Assembly (NCBI GenBank): GCA_000002445.1
Contig: CM000207.1
Span: 1,376,001 to 1,440,000 of the forward strand
From: Trypanosoma brucei
Taxonomy: Eukaryota
Direction: 5' to 3'
DNA: 64,000 bases
Shown here: positions 32,210-42,895 of the stretch, piece by piece
Numbering within the stretch: position 1 is the stretch's first letter
How the letters are laid out: the number at the start of each line of letters is the position of its first letter
Made by a program: the position numbers and the translations under genes
The notes under the pieces: model-generated
The model's database searches: none
What the model was told of the DNA's origin: nothing
The model's input: the letters and a program-made list of their open reading frames with translations, nothing else

Positions 32210-34069
32210 TCACAACACACCCAAGAAAGACAAGGATAAGGATGTGGTTAACATGGTTATTGTGTTTCCCAGAAAGCGATAGCCGTAGCCGGCACAACGC
32301 CGCCTCCCGCAGCTGGGTGTGGCAGCAGGCCTGTAGAGTTGCACGAGGAAGGACCTCCAGCACCTTCTCTGGAAAATGTAAGCGATAAAATCGAGAGCCG
32401 TAGTAGCGGCGAAGGCACCTGTCAGCGCCTCAAACCTGAAGTGCCGCCACTCGTCCGTGTCGAGCAGATCAGCTCGGCGGCGGAGCACAGATGAGGAGGT
32501 AGGAATAATGGCAGCACCCATCGTTTCGTACCACGTTATCCACGCCGCCTGAAAGGGCAATAAAGCCCCCAGCGGTAGCAGGGCAAAACTGCCCCTCATC
32601 AACTTACGAAGGGACAACGGCCCCGGAAGTACAGGACCAAAGTGGTGAGCAACTACGGAGTTCAGTAAGGGGGTTGTGGTGATGTGGGCCACAGCATTTG
32701 CTAACAGCCACACAATACAGACATAATAGTAGGGATGCCGAGTGTCGAACAAGTGGGTGTGAACAAGTGGTGGCCCAAGTGGCCCCGTATCCGACTGTCG
32801 ATACAGTAGGCTCTTCAGTGCAATAGAAGTTGTTATTACCTGTGTCAAGACGCAAAGCATGTCCCGTGCAAAGAAACCCGCTGATAAAGACCATACCGAC
32901 CCGCGACGCAGAACCACACCTAGCTGGTACTCTATCCACCTCAATCGCAGTGGTGCAATCACGAGTCCGCATAAGGCAAACAGAGCCCCTACGGATGCGA
33001 TGTTAAGCCCGAGGTCACTGTTGACCACTTTGTTCGTATTGGATTGAATTAGCCACATGTACATGGAATCCACATCAGGGTTATGGGGGTCACCATTGGC
33101 GCTCGTGCTGCGGTACACATCAAAACACCCTTCCACTGTTGGTGTTTTTTTTCGGGTTGCCCTCTTAATTGGAGTCTCGGGTGCATCATTGCCTTTTAAG
33201 GTGAAAACATCACCGAACGCTGTACGAGCGTCTTTGAAGTTAAACCGAGTGTTGTCCAGGAAGTCGAAGGAGCGAAATGATGACGCGGGAGGGAACAGGT
33301 CCACTACCCCACATCTTTGCCACAATTGGATGATCAGCTCCGTGCAAACCACCTCCTCCTCGGCGTTGACACCATCCACGGTAAAGTGACTGCCACCATA
33401 ATCCACTGAGGGAAAACTCTCACCATCGACTCGGTCCAGGTGAGCGAAGTACGTTTCTATCAAGAACTGTGCAGCATCGTGGTAGACCACTTTTATTCTT
33501 AATAGTGCCTCTTTATCGCTCTCGGAAAGCTTACCGGCTAACAGTTTATCAATGTCGCTTGTCTCCCCTTTGAGAAGGTTCAACTTATGAGCTGCTTTGA
33601 TGCGGTCCATTTTGTCCGGTGGACTTAACACCATGGGAGGAAACATCAGAAGGTCCCTTTTGTAGGGTCGACTGTGAAAATCCCGCAGATGGCTCTGCAC
33701 GTACTCTTCAAATTTATGCATGTCACTCCCCATGCTTAGTGGGCGCACGGCTATATGCTTGGACGACGACCTTGCGACACGGTTCTCCAGGGGACGGAGG
33801 GAAAAACCACTGAGATTTGCCTCAGCGACATACGTCCCAGAAGGCGAAGAGGGGTCCTTTGGGTTGATAATACCCCTCTCCCTCCCTCGTTCCACTTCCC
33901 CGTCATTCAACTTTACAACCATTGCGACGTGGTCATATCTGCTCTCGGTTTTCGAAAGAAGGCAAATCGCAATGCCTAGAGGATGCCGCATCTCCCAGCA
34001 GTTGCGGTCCATCAGTAACACATCCCCAGTATGGAGGCTCATAGGGCTCTTCTCCGAGTCCTTTGCCAT
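32210..34069 (-). CDS. Membrane protein with N-terminal permuted-papain (YiiX/DUF830-like) domain and polytopic C-terminus, 619 aa
   Basis: ATG at 34067-34069. The N-terminus …LHTGDVLLMDRNCWEMRHPLGIAICLLSKTESRYDHVAMVVKL… resembles the YiiX-type permuted-papain amidase signature (GD[IL][IL]…H[VA][GA][IM]). The C-terminal ~250 aa contain several hydrophobic helices (…ASVGALFALCGLVIAPL…, …YVCIVWLLANAVAHITT…, …GSFALLPLGALLPFQAAWI…). Confidence 0.6.
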   Translation of the reverse strand: MAKDSEKSPMSLHTGDVLLMDRNCWEMRHPLGIAICLLSKTESRYDHVAMVVKLNDGEVERGRERGIINPKDPSSPSGTYVAEANLSGFSLRPLENRVARSSSKHIAVRPLSMGSDMHKFEEYVQSHLRDFHSRPYKRDLLMFPPMVLSPPDKMDRIKAAHKLNLLKGETSDIDKLLAGKLSESDKEALLRIKVVYHDAAQFLIETYFAHLDRVDGESFPSVDYGGSHFTVDGVNAEEEVVCTELIIQLWQRCGVVDLFPPASSFRSFDFLDNTRFNFKDARTAFGDVFTLKGNDAPETPIKRATRKKTPTVEGCFDVYRSTSANGDPHNPDVDSMYMWLIQSNTNKVVNSDLGLNIASVGALFALCGLVIAPLRLRWIEYQLGVVLRRGSVWSLSAGFFARDMLCVLTQVITTSIALKSLLYRQSDTGPLGPPLVHTHLFDTRHPYYYVCIVWLLANAVAHITTTPLLNSVVAHHFGPVLPGPLSLRKLMRGSFALLPLGALLPFQAAWITWYETMGAAIIPTSSSVLRRRADLLDTDEWRHFRFEALTGAFAATTALDFIAYIFQRRCWRSFLVQLYRPAATPSCGRRRCAGYGYRFLGNTITMLTTSLSLSFLGVL

Positions 34070-34435
34070 GGTGAAGCTTACGAGACCTTGCCGTCGATGT
34101 TCGCTCCCTCCTGGAGAACAGAGAGAACTTTAGGGCACGAAAGAGCAAAACGGAGAGGTTGGTGCGTTAGTCAGAAAAGAAAAAACAAAGAGGTTTCCTA
34201 CACTTTCCATTTGCATCGACGTGTTTGCAGGGGGTGGCAGGGTGTTGACTAACATCAGGACGGTAATGAACAGGAATAGGAGCAAGAGAGGGCTCACGCT
34301 GTCTGTAAACAAACACTCTTCCCACTTCGTGAGGAAATTGGTAATATATACAGACGGTAACGTACCCGTGCACATATGTGCACGGGTAAATGAGCTTATA
34401 AGGCATTTGTGAGTGGAAGAATGCCTTACCTCAAC

Positions 34436-35575
34436 TCAAGTTGGGCTCAGCGGCTCGCGTTGTTGCTGCATCGTCATCTTCCAATGATACGACAGGGACA
34501 GATCTTCATGAAGTCTGAGCAAACTTAGCCGCGTCGATTGGTCAACCTGTGGAAATCCCCTTCTTTCATATGAAGATTCGTCGCCTGGGCACGCACAGAA
34601 GTATAATCTGTTCACTGGAACACAACGTGACAGACAAGTAGAGATTATACGCCGAGAAACGGGGTTGTCTGCGCCGCCTACAAGATCCATTTTTGTGACG
34701 GCGACAAACAATGACGCATCATCTTGGAGGGCACGAATAGAGCCGATCATGTCCCTCAGGGACTCAACAACACCCCCCGCGGCCGGTGCTGCAAAGTAGC
34801 GTGACTTCAACTGGAAAACACTTCCCCACCCACCGTCCTCCACCAAGTCGGTTGCGGGTACCACCAGAACAGAATGATGTGGTTTGTTCTCAGGAACTGG
34901 GGAAAGTTTTTCGAGTTCCTCTGCAGTCAGTGCGCCGTCACCTTCAATCCTCGTCTTCCATGGGATGCCAGCGAATAGCTTGCTGAGAAGCAACTGATTT
35001 TCATTCCCATAAAATTTACCCGGAGTGTCAATGCATAAGAACGTCGGTGCCCTTGGGTGATTGGGCAGCGGGTCAACAATGGCAGTACCACAGTATCCAC
35101 ATATCCCCACAGGTGCCGCGGGCCACATTGTATTTCCTGTTACCGCTGCCCGGTAACAGTTGATAAGGGACGACTTCCCCACCTGTGGGCAACCAATGAA
35201 TAATACACGCATCGTGTCGCTTACCACCTCTGTTACGGGCAATTGTCTATATGAGCCTCCGCACTGCGAGCCACCTCTACCGCACATGGAGCCATTGCGC
35301 ATTGGGGAAGTAATCAAGCGACTAGATGGCCTCCGCATAATAGTTCCACTTGCCGCGGCATAACTACCGTTATTGCAAAAGGATGCAAGGTTTGCGGGCT
35401 GTGGTGGTAGTCCATACCCGTAAGTTCCTGTCGTCTCCGTCGAAGCAGTCGGGGTTCCCAAACCCGACTCCGATGACCGGGGGGGCGTTGCAACTAACGA
35501 TTGAGACTCCGAGTCACTATCCGACGCAATAGAAACGGACGGTTTCTGAGCACTCGCCTTTGACCAAAACGCCAT
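34436..35575 (-). CDS. Uncharacterised P-loop GTP-binding protein (379 aa)
   Basis: ATG at 35573-35575. G1 is LFIGCPQVGKSSLIN, G3 is CIDTPGKF, and G4-like is VAVTKMDLV. The N-terminus is S/T-rich and low-complexity. It is not a canonical Ras-superfamily member. Confidence 0.6.
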   Translation of the reverse strand: MAFWSKASAQKPSVSIASDSDSESQSLVATPPRSSESGLGTPTASTETTGTYGYGLPPQPANLASFCNNGSYAAASGTIMRRPSSRLITSPMRNGSMCGRGGSQCGGSYRQLPVTEVVSDTMRVLFIGCPQVGKSSLINCYRAAVTGNTMWPAAPVGICGYCGTAIVDPLPNHPRAPTFLCIDTPGKFYGNENQLLLSKLFAGIPWKTRIEGDGALTAEELEKLSPVPENKPHHSVLVVPATDLVEDGGWGSVFQLKSRYFAAPAAGGVVESLRDMIGSIRALQDDASLFVAVTKMDLVGGADNPVSRRIISTCLSRCVPVNRLYFCACPGDESSYERRGFPQVDQSTRLSLLRLHEDLSLSYHWKMTMQQQREPLSPT

Positions 35576-36259
35576 CAGAACAACCTCAACAACAAATTTC
35601 TTTCCCTTTTACCTCCTTATGTCTATATTCTCGCACCGTGGCGAATGGAGTTGAATGTATAGGGCTCCACTGTTGTACTAAGGGGGGCGAGGCAAGTAAA
35701 TGTGTTTAAGAGAAGACAGACGCTGATATTTCTTAACCCCTGACAAGCGGTTGCCGTTGAGAGTAGCTCCCTAAGCTGCCCAAATCAAAACGAAACAACC
35801 CATCTACGTAGACAAATGCGAGTCAGGCTATCCTCATACGATGCCACTTGGAAGCTAATGGAATTAGTTGCATCGGCCAAATAACTTGCCCTCACAACAT
35901 TCACTTTTGCGCAATAAACGAAGGCAAAAAAAAAAAACAACGCCTTTCCAACCCCGTGGAGGGACCCCGAGGTAAAACCACTCATCGCCGGTTCATGATG
36001 CTGAAAAAAAGAGACCGGTCCCAGAAACCCGGCGCTGGAAAGAGTGTTTTTTTTTTGTAGTGGGAGTTGTCCTTTGCTTTTCCAATTAATCTGATGAAAT
36101 AGAGCAGGGACCAATGCACTTGAGTAACAAACCCGCGCAACGCAAGAAGTCTAAGGTGACGTAACACAACAAACGAAAAGCGCTGTTGTGATTGGGCTAA
36201 GAAATGATCTATGTGTGACGTTACCGTAATCTTTACATAATGCTACCGAGAAAAAAATA

Positions 36260-36264
<5 letters not shown>

Positions 36265-36300
<36 letters not shown>

Positions 36301-36310
36301 GTATATATAC
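36265..36310. repeat. (AT)n microsatellite, about 16 units plus a degenerate tail
   Basis: atatatatatatatatatatatatatatatatgtacgtatatatac read directly, intergenic. Confidence 0.9.
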
Positions 36311-36601
36311 AAGGAGAGGTTCGTAAGCCATGCAAAACATCATAAAGGAGAAACAATACGTTACAAAACTGAAGGACGGGCGAAAGCTGAGGTAAATGTT
36401 TCAAACACGTGCAGAGACGACTTCAACGCTTCTATTCCTTTACGCTCATCCTACTTCTTTTGTCCTTGTCCTTACATAGTTGTCGTGTAAGCGATCATGC
36501 GCGATTTACTTTACTGCTTCCAAATCGTTCAAATGGGTTGGGTTTACATGGGCACAGAGTTTTATATTCCTCCAACCGACAGGCACATCAAAGCAGTAAC
36601 T

Positions 36602-37633
36602 TCAAGCCGTTGGAGGTTGATCTTCCTCCTTCCCGGCCTCGGCTTTGGACTTGTCACACGCACTGGATGATGAGAAAAAGGAACTTTTATCTGCATCGTC
36701 ACTCTCAAGCACAAACGAGCCATACCCGCTAAGAGAGTCTAGCAAAAGGGCGTCCGGTGGAATACGACTCTCTGGTCGTCCACCTGGAACAACATACACG
36801 TCACAGTCGTAATAATCGAAGTATAACTGCTTGAGACGGTTGATTTCCCCCTCGTCGAGGAGGTCCTGGTGAGAGGCTGTGGTTTTCGAGAGGGAGTGCT
36901 CTAAATCACTTTCACCACCTTTCGCCTGCCACGACTGCGTGGATGGACTGGTGCACTGAAATCTCTCCAGCGTGTTCTGCCGGCGACAGAAACGGGAAAC
37001 AACATGCATTCGCGACTCCAAGGCCCGAACGTAACTTTGGATCGTTACAACAAGAGTTTGAGCAACCACTGCACACTGAGCCAATGCTAACTCTGACGTC
37101 ATTTTGCGACGCCCCGGCATCGGTTTATTCGCTTGAGTAACTGAGGCCAAGTAAGTACTTATTACAGTACGAAATGCTTGCGTCTTGGCGACATTAGTGC
37201 GCGCGAGTTCTTCCTTCAATTGTCGCTCATGGGCTACACAGTCCTTCAGTACAGAGAGAGCACAAACAGCGTTAAAGCTCCCGTTTTCCACTAACACAGC
37301 GTTTCCAGATATTTCAATAGGGGTCGATTGGGTATCTGGTTGCACATTCAACTTTGACAATGCCTTTGCCTTGTTTAACTTTACTACCTTCGCTTCATGC
37401 AGAGCCCTTACTCGACTACGCCTCCGCTCCTCATCTTGATCACTCTCACCTTCCAAGCCATCAGCATGCGACACTTTGGCTGGTTTTGCGGCGTGCGTGG
37501 TGAACTTCTGCGGTGCTGGGCGAAACCAGCGACGTTCCCCCTTGATAGGCGTCGCACTCCCATGCTTACCACCTGATGGTACAAGATCGCTAAACTTCAC
37601 TTCACGCGGCTGTAGCGCCGGCCTATTGTCCAT
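36602..37633 (-). CDS. Conserved hypothetical protein (343 aa)
   Basis: ATG at 37631-37633. A long clean ORF in the same orientation as its neighbours. No recognised domain. Confidence 0.6.
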   Translation of the reverse strand: MDNRPALQPREVKFSDLVPSGGKHGSATPIKGERRWFRPAPQKFTTHAAKPAKVSHADGLEGESDQDEERRRSRVRALHEAKVVKLNKAKALSKLNVQPDTQSTPIEISGNAVLVENGSFNAVCALSVLKDCVAHERQLKEELARTNVAKTQAFRTVISTYLASVTQANKPMPGRRKMTSELALAQCAVVAQTLVVTIQSYVRALESRMHVVSRFCRRQNTLERFQCTSPSTQSWQAKGGESDLEHSLSKTTASHQDLLDEGEINRLKQLYFDYYDCDVYVVPGGRPESRIPPDALLLDSLSGYGSFVLESDDADKSSFFSSSSACDKSKAEAGKEEDQPPTA

Positions 37634-37948
37634 ACTAGTGAATACTGTCAGTGGGTAGTAGATTGAGAGCGAAGGAGGGGGTCGTTTGAGAGAACAACAC
37701 CTGCATGTGTATGCATACGTATAGGCACCTGGTTACGCATAAACTTGTGTCGAAAGGCGTCCCCCTTTCTCACCAAGAAAAAAAGAGAACTAAACGCAAC
37801 AAAGGGGTATATATAAATGTGCGCAAACAATGCACAGGCTCACGCACGAATAAGCGAAAGTCAGGTGGAATATGCGGAGCAAGATATGTATGCGTGCTGT
37901 GCACGTACGGGAAGAAGGGAAGCGGACCGAACGCCATGTGTCCCCTGT

Positions 37949-40069
37949 CTAAAACAGTTTCGATAGCAACTCAGACCACTGTTCAGGTGTTCGCACCATC
38001 CATTTCATCGGTCGGTCTGACCATGCTCGTCCCTTTAGCCCTTGCTCAAACGTCCTGAAGCCATTTTTTACAGCCGTCATGGAAATTTCAATGAGATTCT
38101 TTCGCTGTGAGGCACCGAGAACTGTGAAACAGCGGCAGGCGGCAACTCTGCCCATCAGGTTGTTTGCCACAGTCCTGTACCAGTGTTTCACCGCAGCTCG
38201 TTGAGGTTTACTGAGTTCATCATCTGTTGAAGCGATGTTCGCTAGTTTATTGCTTGAGGATACGGATGGGAAGCACTCAGACCACCAGGTGGAGAAATCT
38301 TTTAAATATCGATCTTTGGCGCTTTCAAGCCTGTTAATAATACCAATTACAATAGGTGGTGGAGCCGGTATACTGTTCCTCCCTTTGTCTCCATCAAGCG
38401 GGGGGTTACTACTGTAATACCTTCGCTGCTGGAAGCACAACTCCTTGCGGTACCCCTCTGAAAGTAGCAATATATTGTTCAACATGAATATGGGTGGAGA
38501 CATGCACTGCTTTTGATTCAGTGAAGCATTTGGTTGGTCCGAAAATGAGGAGCTATCGCCCCGCCGTACTCCGCCAGATTTTTCCTCTAGCAAATCCATT
38601 GCGGCTTCAGCAATGACCTCCAGATCACGTATGGTGCCGAGCACACCATCGACCATATAAGAACCCAAAGTCTCTAACGCCTCTGCCTCGGAGAAACTAC
38701 TCAACCTCGGATCGTGTAACACCACTTTTATGGCACCGTAGTAATTAGTAAGCAGCATCTTATGCATGTATATCTGATTTGTGGCCGATACGTGAGCCGA
38801 ACAATCTGGTGAGGGAATCCATTCCATGCGATGCAGTCGGTGAGTATAGTTCTTTAGTGAAGCAGCGCTCAAACTGCCTTTACTTTTGTTATATTTTTCC
38901 ACCAAATTCCTTAATCTCGCAATAAAAACACTCACCCCCTCGTCCACTCTGTCAACACACTTGTACCTGCTACCTGGCAGTTTTTCAGCAAAGCCTTTCC
39001 ACTTCCACAACCCTTCCAACAGGTCCAGTCCAATGAGAATCATATTGGTGACGCTCTGCTCCTCCCCCCAGAACCCGACGCCTTCACCGCGCGACAAAAC
39101 AAATGCAGAATTTAGATCTGAAAGGGCCTCGTGATCAGCCTTCACAACATCTAAGCAGCTTTCTATCACCCGATTGAACACCCGTATGGTTAGGTCCGCG
39201 GGCAGCTCCACGACATCAAAGGAGTTGTCCAAAGGCTCCAATACGCATGTTTTCAGACACTCGACGGCTTCGGTAAGCACTGAGAGAGCCTTCGCAGACG
39301 CCGAAAGCAAGTAATGTTTTCCCTTCTTATAGCGTTTGTGTACTGGCGCGAATCCACATGTCGTGGCAATGGCCCGGTAATGTTGCAGTTCTTCCTTTTC
39401 TTTGGAGTTGTCAAGCTGAGCTTCCACCAGTCGGCTTATGTTTTCTTCTAAAATACGCCTAACGTCCTGGGTGATAACCTTAGTCCTGTTGAAGTTTTCT
39501 CCTAGCTTGTGTATGACGCGGTCTACGCCATGTAGTGCCTCAGGGTGATGAAAGAGCACGGAAAATGCCGATAATGAAGACACTGTCAACCTTGTCCTAA
39601 ACTCTAAGCTTTCATCCCGCTCACCTGCCGGCTTTTTTTGCATAGACGTCACGAAAGCGTCGATCACCGCCTCTTCTGACAGCTTTATCACACTATTCAA
39701 ACTTCCCTTAATGCTTGACTCAATATTGCTACCGAACCCACTAGACGGCTGAGACTCGATGTAGTCGTTAGTGAACACGAGATAATCGATACACTTGCAC
39801 AGCATCTCAGGGCTCTTCTCCTTGCCGGCTAACACCAGTCGTAGGACAGGTGGTGGGTGGTAGCACCGCGCAGCCCTTGAGGTTTCCTCTATCATGAAGG
39901 CAATGTTTTCCTGCGCGACTTCCCATGGTTGGACATCCGCTACGATACGGTGGGCGCGTTGAGCAACCGCACGGGAGGTATTTGCGAAATCATCAAGTAT
40001 TTTGGCACTTGACTCCTGCAGGGAAGACAAGACGTCAACTTGTTTTTCTAAAGCGGATATAGTCGTCAT
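37949..40069 (-). CDS. EXO70: Exocyst component Exo70-like protein (706 aa)
   Basis: ATG at 40067-40069. N-terminal coiled-coil (MTTISALEKQVDVLSSLQESSAKILDDF…) followed by a long helical-bundle body. The C-terminal motif …IFMLNNILLLSEGYRK… resembles the conserved Exo70 FLLNN…Y segment. The assignment is moderate. Confidence 0.5.
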   Translation of the reverse strand: MTTISALEKQVDVLSSLQESSAKILDDFANTSRAVAQRAHRIVADVQPWEVAQENIAFMIEETSRAARCYHPPPVLRLVLAGKEKSPEMLCKCIDYLVFTNDYIESQPSSGFGSNIESSIKGSLNSVIKLSEEAVIDAFVTSMQKKPAGERDESLEFRTRLTVSSLSAFSVLFHHPEALHGVDRVIHKLGENFNRTKVITQDVRRILEENISRLVEAQLDNSKEKEELQHYRAIATTCGFAPVHKRYKKGKHYLLSASAKALSVLTEAVECLKTCVLEPLDNSFDVVELPADLTIRVFNRVIESCLDVVKADHEALSDLNSAFVLSRGEGVGFWGEEQSVTNMILIGLDLLEGLWKWKGFAEKLPGSRYKCVDRVDEGVSVFIARLRNLVEKYNKSKGSLSAASLKNYTHRLHRMEWIPSPDCSAHVSATNQIYMHKMLLTNYYGAIKVVLHDPRLSSFSEAEALETLGSYMVDGVLGTIRDLEVIAEAAMDLLEEKSGGVRRGDSSSFSDQPNASLNQKQCMSPPIFMLNNILLLSEGYRKELCFQQRRYYSSNPPLDGDKGRNSIPAPPPIVIGIINRLESAKDRYLKDFSTWWSECFPSVSSSNKLANIASTDDELSKPQRAAVKHWYRTVANNLMGRVAACRCFTVLGASQRKNLIEISMTAVKNGFRTFEQGLKGRAWSDRPMKWMVRTPEQWSELLSKLF

Positions 40070-40486
40070 ACATCAGAGATGTGACGAGACAGAAAGCCAC
40101 GACTAGCCCCTTTTTATATAAGCGGCTTCCAAAACATGAGAAAAGAATGGGTATTAACCAGAACAGTGGCAACAATGGGGATAGGAAGGTTATGCGGAAC
40201 TGGGAGTATAATATGATGCACAAGCTGCGCGATACAGACAAGCGTGTACGCACACACGCACCAAAGTATAATGTAGGGGGGAGGGTTAAACAAGAGACCA
40301 GACCTCTTTATTTCAGTGTAGGTGCCGCTCCCCAGCAACACGATGCCATTGGTGACGCCCCTGGTGAATGCTACGCCCTTCCTTCTTTGGTAGGAATCGT
40401 ACAACCCAAAGAACACACGTACACACATTCCCCTTCAACTTAACGACGGTGAACTGAGCGGTCATAACGGTATACGTCGGGTTGTT

Positions 40487-41899
40487 CTATGACGGAAGAT
40501 GCCGGCGAAGAGAAGCTGTGAGTTTTTCTCCAAACGATTCGTCGCTGAAGCGCGCAATCGTGGCCATTCCACACTCCTGAAATTTTCGGTACGTTTCAGG
40601 CTCATCGTTCTTGATGCGAAATATCTCTGCCATACAGTCTGCGTACTCCTCTGCGGTTGCGGCAAGAAACCCAACATTCGGTGAGGTGATAATGTCAAGG
40701 CACACGCCACCGCTCCTGTGGCCTAGCGGAATGCAGCCACATGCAATGTATTCCACAAGCACAATTCCAAAGTGCTCGTCTTCCATTGTGTGCAGCCCAA
40801 TGCAACACTGAGCGAGACTCTCACTGACCTCACTAAAGGGAGCGCCCACCCGCACATCAACACGATCCGCAATGCCAAGCCTTTGGGCTTCAACCTTCAC
40901 CGCCTCTGCCCGCTGTTTGTCTTCTTCATTCCGCGCCCCACCAATCATGATAAGCTTGGCGTCCGTTGGTAACCGAGGAAGCGCCAGTGCAAATGACTGA
41001 AGCTGAAGCATGTGGTTTTTCTCCGGCCTGAACTGTCCAACACTCACAACTGTATTGATTCGCTGATGGGGAAGCTTCCGTAGCGGCATAAAATGACTGA
41101 CGGCACAAGGAGGGTATACAAGCACTGGCACGTCATGGCCCCAAAGCTGCTGTATATGCCCCTTAGTCCATGTAGAGTTTGTCATTACTAGATCAGGGAA
41201 TTTCCCCATCCACCTGTAAATGTGCGCAAAAAGCTTGTAGTACAAAACCTTAGCCTTACGGAGCACACCGTGTCGCGCCACCGCACCCTTGTTGTTGTAG
41301 CGCATTTCACCGTTTTCCACCCGCTGCGTCATAACAGGCGTTATAATGGGGTAATGTGTGTACGCTACGATGCGGGACCCTGCGAATATGGAGAGGAGTG
41401 GATACACGCCGGGGATCCCGACGCTCTCAATCACAGTGGGAGTCATCGTATTGACAACACACGATTCATAAAAGAGTAAAATACTTCCACATACCACCTG
41501 CAGAAGCAACGTCAAGAACGGGTACCTTCCACCATCGAGCCACTTCGTCATGCTGGAGCGCAGGTGCACCACTTTTATGGGTCGCGGTAAGGTGATGTGA
41601 AACTGTTTCTGAACCACTCGAGCAAGATACTCCTGCGGCGGTTCGCACCTACCATCGTCGCTCTTCCCGCTGGTCTGAGTGCAGTAAAGCACGTAGAGTC
41701 TATCAATACCATTCTTTATATCGTCTTTCTGAATAGAATCGATTGCAACCCATAAAACACGCTCACCTCCTCCACCTGCAGCGGCAGACGGGTGTAAGAA
41801 GCCAACAGCGTTCCGTGGGTAGAGCGAAAGTCCACGTCGTGCAAATATTGCCAGTGCCGCCAGGAGGCATAGAACTAATAACGGTGCGGTGAGTAACAT
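40487..41899 (-). CDS. ALG11: ALG11 GDP-Man:Man3GlcNAc2-PP-Dol alpha-1,2-mannosyltransferase (GT4), 470 aa
   Basis: ATG at 41897-41899. N-terminal TM helix. The ALG11 N-domain signature …GFLHPSAAAGGGGERVLWVAI… is diagnostic. The C-terminal GT-B/GT4 domain has …EHFGIVLVEYIACGCIPLGH…. Confidence 0.9.
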   Translation of the reverse strand: MLLTAPLLVLCLLAALAIFARRGLSLYPRNAVGFLHPSAAAGGGGERVLWVAIDSIQKDDIKNGIDRLYVLYCTQTSGKSDDGRCEPPQEYLARVVQKQFHITLPRPIKVVHLRSSMTKWLDGGRYPFLTLLLQVVCGSILLFYESCVVNTMTPTVIESVGIPGVYPLLSIFAGSRIVAYTHYPIITPVMTQRVENGEMRYNNKGAVARHGVLRKAKVLYYKLFAHIYRWMGKFPDLVMTNSTWTKGHIQQLWGHDVPVLVYPPCAVSHFMPLRKLPHQRINTVVSVGQFRPEKNHMLQLQSFALALPRLPTDAKLIMIGGARNEEDKQRAEAVKVEAQRLGIADRVDVRVGAPFSEVSESLAQCCIGLHTMEDEHFGIVLVEYIACGCIPLGHRSGGVCLDIITSPNVGFLAATAEEYADCMAEIFRIKNDEPETYRKFQECGMATIARFSDESFGEKLTASLRRHLPS

Positions 41900-42281
41900 C
41901 GCAGTCCTGCGTCAGCGGCTATTAGTGAAAGGTTGTACTAGCTTGGTAGTATGCGCAGATTGCACGTAGTGATGAGGAAGGAGAGCAGGCGCACACGGCA
42001 TTTGATAATAATATAATAACAGAAAGGGAAGAAACATGACGACCCCAGAACTTGGAATGCCCATGGCAGGAGCAGCTAACGTGGTTGCACACTGCCGACA
42101 GAAGAACGAAAGAGGCAGCACCTCAGGGAAACAAAGAGAAAAAGTGAAACAACAAACAGATAAATAAACGTCGCATCAGAAAGCCATAATGCTGATTTAC
42201 CATTGACCAGCTATCACATAGAAAAGCGAACCACCAGGAGGCTACATAACCCGCTTTCAGATCGCATAATCTTTTCTTCAA

Positions 42282-42536
42282 CTACGCCTTGATGTCGGTC
42301 TTGAAGTGGTTCCTAATCCTGCGGTGGACAACCTTCAAGTAGCGACAGCGGCCTGTGCCAGTGCGGCGTCGCTTGATGGCCTTCACTGACCAGTTGTAGC
42401 GCCGGCGCTGAGCACGCGGGTAGGCGCAAGCAGCACACCGCTCCCACTGCACGTGGTAAGCGTTGCGGCCACAGCGGCGGCAAAGGATGTGCGTGCGCCC
42501 ATGGCGCTGCCCCATCGATGTGGTACCTTTGGTCAT
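42282..42536 (-). CDS. RPL37: 60S ribosomal protein L37 (eL37), 84 aa
   Basis: ATG at 42534-42536. MTKGTTSMGQRHGRTHILCRRCGRNAYHVQWERCAACAYP…RRYNWSVKAIKRRRTGTGRCRYLKVV… is a near-canonical eL37 C4 zinc-ribbon sequence. Confidence 0.93.
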   Translation of the reverse strand: MTKGTTSMGQRHGRTHILCRRCGRNAYHVQWERCAACAYPRAQRRRYNWSVKAIKRRRTGTGRCRYLKVVHRRIRNHFKTDIKA

Positions 42537-42895
42537 CTCCGCTAGCGATCAGCAAGGGCCCTTTTTCAGTTGGCGGTTTGAAAAGCGTAATTGGTTATTT
42601 TCAAATAAAAGGAAAGTGAAAGGGGAGGCAGGTGCGCGAAGAAATGAGCAAGCGGAGGAAAACGAGGCACAGGTGGGTACAAGTCTAGCAGTCGTGCGGG
42701 GCATATGCGTACACATATCCCTGTACTATATACTGTTAAACGCTTGTGAAGCTGTCGAGGCTCCACCACACAGTCCGAACATGAATACGCACTCCAAAAA
42801 AAAAGGGTGTGAAGGAACTTCGAGTGCGAGCGGTAACACGTACCACCCTCAACAGAATGCGTCCCCTAATACCATGGGACAGGGAAGAGCCCCAG

